A stretch of DNA of 64,000 nucleotides. It comes from Oligoflexia bacterium (GTDB lineage Bacteria; Bdellovibrionota; UBA1018). The stretch spans positions 8,797 to 72,796 of the forward strand of contig JAMPXJ010000012.1 in assembly GCA_023701205.1 (NCBI GenBank). The letters run 5' to 3'. Positions 57,348-64,000 of the stretch are shown here, in pieces (within the stretch, counting starts at the first letter, position 1; each line of letters starts with the position of its first letter). The notes beneath the pieces are model-generated. The model was not told the origin of the DNA and did no database searches. It saw only the letters and a list, made by a program, of their open reading frames with translations. Both the position numbers and the translations under genes were made by a program.

Positions 57348-57411
57348 GCGGGAAAAGAATGCGTCATCGAGGACACAAGGCTGCCATCAGGAAAGCCTGC
57401 GAATCCGATGG

Positions 57412-58581
57412 TTAAAACGGCTTTCCGGCGTCCGCCGCCTCTCCCAGCATCTGTTTGGCGATGATGATGCGAAGAACCTCGTTCGTTCCCGCGCCGATCT
57501 CCATCAGCTTGGCGTCCCGCATGTACCGCTCGACCGGGAATTCGCGGGTGTAGCCATAGCCGCCGAGGATCTGGATCGCGTCCAGGCAGACCTGCGTGGC
57601 CATTTGTGCGCTCTGGAGTTTGGCACGCGCCGCGCTCATAGAGGCCTCCCGGCCCGCAAGCAGGCCTTCGTCCCACATCTTCGCGGCGCTGTAGGTGAGG
57701 GCGCGGCAGGCCTCGTACCAGGCCGATGCTTCGGCGAGCCTTTCCTGGATCTGCTGAAAGGCCCCGATGGGCTTGCCGAATTGCTTGCGTTCCTTGGCGT
57801 AACGGGTCGCCGTCTCGATCGCGGCACGCGCGACACCGAGCGAGATGCCCGCGATGGTCACCCGCTCGAGATCGAGATTCCGCATCAGCATGGAGACACT
57901 CGCGCCTTCCGCGCCGACCCGGTTGGCAACCGGAACTTCGCATTGATCAAAGACCAGTTCGCCGGTCGGAGAGGCGCGCATCCCCATCTTGGAGAATTTC
58001 TTGCCGGTGGAGAAGCCTTTCATGCCACGGTCAACAATGAACGTGGAGACATCCTTTCGGCCCTCCCCGGTCTTGGCATAGCAGTAAAAGACATCGCCGA
58101 CGGGGCCATTGGTGATCCACGTCTTGGTCCCATTCAGGACGTAGTGGTCTCCCTTGAGGACCGCGCGGGTCTTCATCCCGAGCGCGTCCGAGCCGGCTTC
58201 GGGTTCGGACATCCCCATTCCGCCCAGCCATTCGCCCGAAATCAGCCTGGGTAGATAGCGGCTTTTTTGCTCGCTGGAGCCGTTCTTCGCGATCTGGTTC
58301 ACGCACAGGATCAGGTGAGCCAGGTAGGACAGGGTCGTGGATGCATCCACGGCGCCCATCTCTTCCATCGCGATCGTGGCCGCCACGGCACCCAGGCCCG
58401 AGCCTCCATCGGCTTCGGGAACAATGATCCCGAGCAGGCCGAGTTCACCCATCTTCCGGAAGGCCTCCCGGTTAAAGCCCTCTTCGTGATCCAGGGCTTC
58501 GATGCGGGGTGCTAGATCGGCCTTGGCCATTTGTCTGACGGACTGCTGAAGCATCCGGTCTTCGTCAGAAAAAAACCACAT
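57412..58581 (-). CDS. acyl-CoA dehydrogenase (isovaleryl/short-branched-chain type)
   Basis: Full ACAD architecture, 389 aa. Confidence 0.9.
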   Translation of the reverse strand: MWFFSDEDRMLQQSVRQMAKADLAPRIEALDHEEGFNREAFRKMGELGLLGIIVPEADGGSGLGAVAATIAMEEMGAVDASTTLSYLAHLILCVNQIAKNGSSEQKSRYLPRLISGEWLGGMGMSEPEAGSDALGMKTRAVLKGDHYVLNGTKTWITNGPVGDVFYCYAKTGEGRKDVSTFIVDRGMKGFSTGKKFSKMGMRASPTGELVFDQCEVPVANRVGAEGASVSMLMRNLDLERVTIAGISLGVARAAIETATRYAKERKQFGKPIGAFQQIQERLAEASAWYEACRALTYSAAKMWDEGLLAGREASMSAARAKLQSAQMATQVCLDAIQILGGYGYTREFPVERYMRDAKLMEIGAGTNEVLRIIIAKQMLGEAADAGKPF

Positions 58582-58678
58582 AGGGGTGACTCCTTTAGTT
58601 GCGTGTGCAATACTTCATAGCATGGTAGGGGGCGAAGTAAATCCATATCCTATTCAGCTCTTAGTGAATTATTGGGAG

Positions 58679-60640
58679 ATGCGTCCCTCGGTGATGGGCG
58701 CACGTCTCGACGCACTGCTTCGCCGCGGAGTGGCGCACATCGCGACCTTCGTTCCGTGGCAGGCGGTGGAGTCAGACATATCCCACACGTTGACGCGCTT
58801 CCTGCTCGCGGCCGCGGAGCGGAAGATGACGCTTTCGCTGATTCTCACGCCGGAGGTGGGAATTCATTATCCCTACTCGGGTCTGCCCAAAGATATCGTG
58901 ATGAAGCCCGAGAATCTGGCGCAGCACTCGCAAAAAGGGCCGGTGACGGTCAGTCTGCCGCCGAACTGCTTCGGGCTGCCGTCGCTGCTTTCACCCGAGT
59001 TCAACAAGCGCTACAGCAGCTTCCTTTCCCGCATGGACAGCCTGCTTGCCGATTTCAAGCGCACGCATGGAAAATCGCTCCAGAATATCCAGGTCGTGCT
59101 CTCGGGGAGCTTCTGGAAATATTACCGTTCGGCGCGGGAGTCGACCGGAAATCCCTTCGGCGGCCTGGCCGGTGACTACTCCGGAGGGATGGCGCTCGAG
59201 TTCCGGCAACGCGTCGACTATTTTTATTCCCAGCCGGAATTCTCTGACCCCAACCCGGCGGCGGCGAGCCGCTGGAAGACGCGCGCGATGGAGAACGTGA
59301 ACTACCGCTGGTTTCACCAGCAGTCGGAATCGGTCTTCCGCCATCGCTCGTACCAGATGGTCCGGCGCAAGGCCGTATCGGCCGGCGTGCGCGAGATCGA
59401 GCTTTTCACACCGGAGGCGGACCCCGCGCTTTCGTACAATCATTTTCTCCAGACAGTGAGCGGCGGGCTCGGGGATTTCCACCGGCTTTCGGCGCTGGTA
59501 GACGAGTCGGCGGCGTTCTCGACGATGGGGGCCGGGGGCCCGGCGGCGCCGTTCCTCCGCTGGAGCTCGCTCGGGGGGTTCCGATCGCTCTGCGACGCCG
59601 AAAAGCAGTTCCTCATTCTGAAGTCTTTGCTGGTGATGGGCGGGCTGGGCGGAGGGATTTACCTGGAGGAAGAGGAGTGGTTCGCGCTCTCGGCAAGCTT
59701 CCGGGCGCGCGCGGAAGCCTTCGCCCGCGCCATCGCGCATGGGGAGCTTGCTATCCGCACCCGCGCGCTCTATCTCACGCCCCATCTCTGGTCGGGCAGC
59801 GCGCCGCTTTGGCGGGAGCTTTTCTCGCGGCTGGGACCCGAGGCGCGGCTGCTCTCCGCGCTGGACCTTCTCGAGCGCGATCGCGAGGCAGGCCTGCTGA
59901 TCGTGGATCCCGCTTTCATCCTGACGCGCGAGGCGGTTCAGAAGCTTTCGGCATGGGCGCGTTCGGGTCGCACCGTGGTGCTGCCGCGCTCGACGCTTTA
60001 TACGGAATTGGCGCGCGCGGAGCTAGAGCTCCTCGTGGCCTCCTCGAAGCGGATGGATATCGACCTGGGCGTCCGTTACCGCGTGCACGAGCTCGGTGAC
60101 GGCAAGCTCATCGTCCATGAGCTTCCGGGAGGAATCTCGAATTCCCAGGAAGAGCTCGCCGCGTGGCAAACCTTTCTCACGGCCCTGCTCTCGCTCGCGG
60201 AAATCGAGGGTTACTGCAAGGTGAGCGACAGCCGTCTTGCGGTGATCCCCATGGAGCGCAAAGGGCGTGAGCTCGGCATCTTCGTCATGAACGGTACCCG
60301 GCGCGCCGTTTCCGGAGATGTGGTTTTCGGAGGGAAGGTGGTCGTTTCCGATCTGGCTGTGGCGATCTCGGCGACCAGCCAGGGCCTGGCCCCGGCTTCA
60401 GGCCCGGGTTCCGCTTCGCCGAGCTCCGTGCCTTCCAACCGCTTCTCGCTCGATGTCCCTCCTTGCGGCTTCCTGCCGCTTGCGGTGAACGGACTGAGCC
60501 TGGCTTCGGAGGAGAATCGGGAACGGCTGGCTGCGGCGCAGCTGGCGCAGGCCACCCGTGAAAGCGTTACGGCCGCGGCTCAGGCCGAGTTGCCCGGCTT
60601 CGGGCAGGGTACCGGCGCGATCGGGGATTTATGGAACTGA
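58679..60640 (+). CDS. large uncharacterised protein (~650 aa); N-terminal region weakly glycoside-hydrolase-like (TIM-barrel GH42-like pattern)
   Basis: No confident motif. Start uncertain (ORF-track GTG at 58586; ATG 58679 preferred after AT-rich leader). Confidence 0.5.
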   Translation: MRPSVMGARLDALLRRGVAHIATFVPWQAVESDISHTLTRFLLAAAERKMTLSLILTPEVGIHYPYSGLPKDIVMKPENLAQHSQKGPVTVSLPPNCFGLPSLLSPEFNKRYSSFLSRMDSLLADFKRTHGKSLQNIQVVLSGSFWKYYRSARESTGNPFGGLAGDYSGGMALEFRQRVDYFYSQPEFSDPNPAAASRWKTRAMENVNYRWFHQQSESVFRHRSYQMVRRKAVSAGVREIELFTPEADPALSYNHFLQTVSGGLGDFHRLSALVDESAAFSTMGAGGPAAPFLRWSSLGGFRSLCDAEKQFLILKSLLVMGGLGGGIYLEEEEWFALSASFRARAEAFARAIAHGELAIRTRALYLTPHLWSGSAPLWRELFSRLGPEARLLSALDLLERDREAGLLIVDPAFILTREAVQKLSAWARSGRTVVLPRSTLYTELARAELELLVASSKRMDIDLGVRYRVHELGDGKLIVHELPGGISNSQEELAAWQTFLTALLSLAEIEGYCKVSDSRLAVIPMERKGRELGIFVMNGTRRAVSGDVVFGGKVVVSDLAVAISATSQGLAPASGPGSASPSSVPSNRFSLDVPPCGFLPLAVNGLSLASEENRERLAAAQLAQATRESVTAAAQAELPGFGQGTGAIGDLWN

Positions 60641-61443
60641 CTTACGATTGGAACTGCTTTCAGTCGATGTTTTATCCCAAGAGGCGGGCACCGGCTTCGG
60701 CGGCCAACGCCAACGCGGGCAGCGAGGCTGCGGCGCCGGTCTTCCTCGTGGTCGAGGAAGAGCGGATTCTTTCGGTTTTCGGCGAAGGGGAGGACTTCTC
60801 CTCCTGGATCGGCGCCGGCTACCCGCAGATGGCCGCCGAGATCACGCATCGGGAGCTGATCCTTTTCGAGCGCAAGGACGTGGACCGTTGGATGAGCGGG
60901 GCGCTGGCTCTTCCGCACTTCCATGATCAGGTCGAGTTTCTGCGCCAAAATGCGGCACCGAAAGTCCTTTCGCGGGGACGTCTCAGGAAGGGGGGGCGGA
61001 CGCTCTTGCTCCGGCAGGGGTTGGAGATGCCGGTTTATCGCCATTTTATTCTCGAAGCGATCCAAGGTTGGTGGGCCAAGGTTCTCCCGTCTTCCTATGG
61101 AATTCTGATCCGCTTGGAAGGGGCTCTTCCGGGGACCTATGTGAAAGACGTGCTGGTGGTCATCCGGCGCGGCCGCGTCGACTCTTTCTGCGAGCCCGAT
61201 TTCACGATACTCGGCCGGGAACGCTCGCGTCAGCCGGAGGATGTCGTCCGTTATCTTTCCGAAAAGCATCTTGTCCCTGTTCAGGGCCTGTTTCTTCCGG
61301 CAGAGCTGTGGCAGCGCTGGATCGAGGCCGAGAACCCCTGGCGTGAGGTGGCGCTCGCCGTGCGCACGGATCGAGCGAAGCTGGTGCCGTTTCGCTGGAG
61401 CCTGGTGACCTTGGCAGCTACCCGGGGCTTCCTCGGAATCTAA
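60631..61443 (+). CDS. uncharacterised protein (270 aa) translationally coupled to preceding gene
   Basis: 10-nt overlap with upstream gene; no recognisable domain. Confidence 0.5.
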   Translation: MELTYDWNCFQSMFYPKRRAPASAANANAGSEAAAPVFLVVEEERILSVFGEGEDFSSWIGAGYPQMAAEITHRELILFERKDVDRWMSGALALPHFHDQVEFLRQNAAPKVLSRGRLRKGGRTLLLRQGLEMPVYRHFILEAIQGWWAKVLPSSYGILIRLEGALPGTYVKDVLVVIRRGRVDSFCEPDFTILGRERSRQPEDVVRYLSEKHLVPVQGLFLPAELWQRWIEAENPWREVALAVRTDRAKLVPFRWSLVTLAATRGFLGI

Positions 61444-61507
61444 GGGTCCGGCTGGCCGCGTTATAGGGGTTGAAGTTTTTGGCCGGAAGCGCTAAAGACT
61501 GACTGGA

Positions 61508-62758
61508 ATGATCTATTTTCAGTCACTCACTCAAACTGAGCTTGCCGAGCTGCTCAAGCCGGTGAGTTTTCCAAAGGCACGCCGCTCGGCAGCACCGGAA
61601 GCCGCGGCCGGTGAATTTTCCAGCGCCGAAAATCAGCTCAAGGCGGAGAAAAAAGCGCGCTATCGCGCCAAGCAGATCTTCCACTGGGTCTACCAGCGCA
61701 CCGTCACGGACTGGGACCAGATGTCGGATCTTTCCAAGGACCTGCGCGCCTGGTTGCGGGAAAACGTGGAGATCTACCGTCTTCCTCAGCGGGTGAACCA
61801 GCAGGCATTGGACGGAACTCACAAGTTTCTCTGGAATCTCGCGGACGGAAAAACCGTCGAAAGCGTCATCATCCCGGCGGCGCTTCAGGAAAAGGAAAAT
61901 CCGGATCGGGACTTCGACGAGCAGCCCGCAGAGAAGTTCGCGGGGGCTCCGGTAGACAACAAAAGCCTGAGTTCGGAGCGCTGGTCCCGCCTTACGGCCT
62001 GTATCTCGAGCCAGGTCGGCTGTGCCATGAGCTGCAAGTTCTGTCTCACGGGAATTCAGGGGCTCGATCGGCATTTGCAAGTGCATGAGATCGTCGGCCA
62101 GGTCCATGAGCTGCGCCGGATCGCGCCGATCACGAACATCGTCTTCATGGGCATGGGCGAGCCGCTGCACAATCTCGAGAATGTCGCGAAAGCCTGCAAG
62201 ATCCTGCTCGACGAGGACGGGTTGAACTTCTCAAAGCGCAAGGTCACCGTGAGTACCAGCGGGCTCGTGCCCGCGATCGAGGCGCTCGGGCGCGAGGTGG
62301 ACGTCTCGCTCGCCATCTCGCTGAACGCCTCGACGGATGAACAGCGCTCGCGCATCATGCCGGTCAACCGCAAATGGAATCTCGAGGCCCTGCTCGGAGC
62401 CTGCCGCGACTATCCGCTGGGCAAGCACCGCCGGATCACCTTCGAATACGTGCTGCTGAAGGATTTCAACGATTCCCTGGAAGATGCCGCGCGTGTTTTC
62501 GCGCTCTTGCGCGGCATACCCTCGAAGCTGAATCTGATCCCGTTCAACGAGCACCCGGGTTCCGAATTCAAGCGCCCGAGCGATGAGACGGTTCGGAAAT
62601 TCCAGAAGTATTTCATCGATCGCAATGTCACGGCTACCGTGAGGATCTCGCGCGGGCGCGATATCCTGGCCGCGTGCGGGCAGCTTCGAAGCGTTTTCGG
62701 CACCGCGCGCGGAACGGATCGGCATCGGGATTGGGCCGGCTCGCCCGGACCGAGCTGA
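61508..62758 (+). CDS. rlmN: 23S rRNA / tRNA (adenine-C2)-methyltransferase RlmN (radical SAM), with N-terminal extension and ~40-aa insertion
   Basis: CxxxCxxC radical-SAM cluster motif ISSQVGCAMSCKFCLTG, RlmN-specific upstream region, GMGEPL. Confidence 0.85.
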   Translation: MIYFQSLTQTELAELLKPVSFPKARRSAAPEAAAGEFSSAENQLKAEKKARYRAKQIFHWVYQRTVTDWDQMSDLSKDLRAWLRENVEIYRLPQRVNQQALDGTHKFLWNLADGKTVESVIIPAALQEKENPDRDFDEQPAEKFAGAPVDNKSLSSERWSRLTACISSQVGCAMSCKFCLTGIQGLDRHLQVHEIVGQVHELRRIAPITNIVFMGMGEPLHNLENVAKACKILLDEDGLNFSKRKVTVSTSGLVPAIEALGREVDVSLAISLNASTDEQRSRIMPVNRKWNLEALLGACRDYPLGKHRRITFEYVLLKDFNDSLEDAARVFALLRGIPSKLNLIPFNEHPGSEFKRPSDETVRKFQKYFIDRNVTATVRISRGRDILAACGQLRSVFGTARGTDRHRDWAGSPGPS

Positions 62759-62770
62759 GGAGCGGCAAAG

Positions 62771-62806
62771 AAAAAAGGCGGGACCCCGGGGGACCCGCCT
62801 TCTTCC
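62771..62806. terminator. bidirectional intrinsic terminator between convergent rlmN and dehydrogenase genes
   Basis: AAAAAA-GGCGGGACCCCGGGGGACCCGCC-TTCTTCC; near-perfect palindromic GC stem with A-tract on one side and T-rich tract on the other. Confidence 0.65.
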
Positions 62807-62827
62807 GTTCACGAGGACTTCCCCGAA

Positions 62828-64000
62828 TCAGGCGTACAGTCCGCGCAGCTCCGAGGTTTTCTTCAGGCGCTCGATCGCCACGACGAATGCCGCGATCCGC
62901 ATCGGGATGCGATGCTTCTGCGAGGCGCTGAAGACGTCCTTGAACGCCTGGCGCATGATCCGGTCCAGCTCGCGGTTAACCTGCTCTTCAGGCCAGTAGA
63001 AACCCATGCGGTTCTGGACCCACTCGAAGTAGGACACGGTCACGCCGCCGGCATTGCAGAGAATGTCCGGGATCATGAAGACCCCTTTTTCGTTCAGGAT
63101 CTTGTCCGCTTCCGGAGTGCACGGACCATTGGCGGCTTCGGCGATGACCTTCGCCTTGACCCGGCTCGCGTTTTTCTCGGTGATCTGGTTCTCGAGCGCG
63201 GCGGGGATGAGCACGTCTACCGGAAGCTCGAGCAGCTCCATCGGATTGTCGAGCTTGCGGACATTGCCCGACTTCTCGAAGCCGCTGAGCACGCCCTTGT
63301 GGTCCTTGACCCAGGAGAGCGCGCCTTCGATGTCGATTCCGCTTTCGCAGTAGTAGGCGCCCGAGACATCGGAAATCGCGACGAGCTTGATGCCCTTGGG
63401 GGCCAGCAGGCGCGCGGCGTGAGAGCCGGCGTTACCGAAGCCCTGGATGGCGACGGTCGCGCCCTGAAGCTTCATGTTGAGCGCTTTGGTGGCTTCTTCC
63501 AGCGTGAAAACGACCCCCTGGGCGGTAGCGGCGCCACGGCCTTCGGAGCCGCAGACCTCGAGAGGCTTGCCGGTGATGACCGCCGGCAGATGCTGCCGGT
63601 GATGCATCGAGTAGGTGTCCATCATCCAGGCCATGACCTGGGGATTGGTGTTGACGTCCGGAGCCGGCACATCGCGGTCCGGACCGATGTCTTCGATCAG
63701 GTCGGCGATATAACGGCGCGAGAGGCGCTCGAGCTCGTTCATCGAGAGCTGCTTGGGGTCGACGATCACGCCGCCCTTGCCGCCGCCGAAGGGCACGTTC
63801 ACGACGGAGCACTTCATGGTCATCCAGAAGGCCAGCGCCTTCACCTCGTCGAGCGTGACATCCTGGTGGAAGCGGATGCCGCCTTTGGCAGGGCCGCGAG
63901 CGATCGAGTGCTGGACCCGATAGGCCTGGAAGACCTTGATGCTGCCGTCATCCATCCGCACGGGAAGCATCAGCTGGATGACTTTGCGCGGGTCCTTGAT
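62828..64000 (-). CDS. Glu/Leu/Phe/Val-family amino-acid dehydrogenase (glutamate dehydrogenase-like); N-terminus beyond window end
   Basis: KGGIRF and GGGKGG motifs, NAD-binding GFGNAGS. Reading frame still open at position 64000. Confidence 0.9.
   Translation of the reverse strand: MKDPRKVIQLMLPVRMDDGSIKVFQAYRVQHSIARGPAKGGIRFHQDVTLDEVKALAFWMTMKCSVVNVPFGGGKGGVIVDPKQLSMNELERLSRRYIADLIEDIGPDRDVPAPDVNTNPQVMAWMMDTYSMHHRQHLPAVITGKPLEVCGSEGRGAATAQGVVFTLEEATKALNMKLQGATVAIQGFGNAGSHAARLLAPKGIKLVAISDVSGAYYCESGIDIEGALSWVKDHKGVLSGFEKSGNVRKLDNPMELLELPVDVLIPAALENQITEKNASRVKAKVIAEAANGPCTPEADKILNEKGVFMIPDILCNAGGVTVSYFEWVQNRMGFYWPEEQVNRELDRIMRQAFKDVFSASQKHRIPMRIAAFVVAIERLKKTSELRGLYA

Noticed and set aside
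1-64000. CRISPR arrays, rRNA genes, transposases/integrases, prophage structural genes
   Set aside because: No regularly spaced short direct repeats, no rRNA-like conserved segments, and no transposase or integrase-like ORFs seen anywhere in the window.

Overview
This is a high-GC (roughly 65%) bacterial chromosomal segment. The LPS-core heptose genes, outer-membrane beta-barrel and many lipobox lipoproteins mark it as Gram-negative. Compact gene packing, no rRNA, tRNA or CRISPR, and no transposase or integrase mark it as mostly core or accessory-metabolic DNA.

Genes I can support, in order:
- A MATE efflux gene, truncated at the window start.
- A 1290-aa S8 subtilase lipoprotein.
- A MoxR AAA+ / DUF58 / TgpA-like transglutaminase operon with overlapping stop and start codons, followed by a secreted chalcone-isomerase-like protein.
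- A LysR-headed lipid-type cluster: AP-superfamily phosphodiesterase lipoprotein, MFS transporter, acyl-CoA ligase, FabH-like KAS III, and a divergent FabG-like SDR.
- A lone XRE regulator in an AT-rich pocket.
- A two-component module (OmpR-type response regulator, membrane histidine kinase, orphan receiver protein) flanked by MepA and a STAS protein.
- corA, and a dnaN sliding-clamp gene outside the canonical dnaA-dnaN-recF context.
- A 142-bp element with 28-bp perfect terminal inverted repeats, immediately followed by an AT-richer, apparently frameshifted CPBP/Abi-like intramembrane protease gene and a convergent astacin-family metalloprotease.
- An RlmM-like methyltransferase, an outer-membrane beta-barrel, a membrane transporter, an HD-domain dGTPase-like gene overlapping a TGS-less thrS, and rimI.
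- An SLT transglycosylase, then a queD-queC-DUF366-cmk-GT9 heptosyltransferase-heptose kinase string.
- ilvE, a PEP-synthase regulatory protein, a 2-hydroxyacid dehydrogenase and a DEAD-box helicase.
- An AidB-like acyl-CoA dehydrogenase broken by a single in-frame TAG.
- miaA, mutL, an FHA-GGDEF diguanylate cyclase, pgi and two acyl-CoA dehydrogenases.
- A 773-aa lipoprotein with Ig-like domains, RCC1 beta-propeller repeats and Tyr/Pro/Ser-rich tandem linkers.
- A translationally coupled pair of uncharacterised genes, then rlmN and a Glu/Leu dehydrogenase truncated at the window end.

Many very long ORFs on the opposite strand of real genes are stop-codon-poor antisense artefacts of the high GC and were rejected. 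Coordinates I derived myself rather than took from the ORF track carry about ±3 nt uncertainty.
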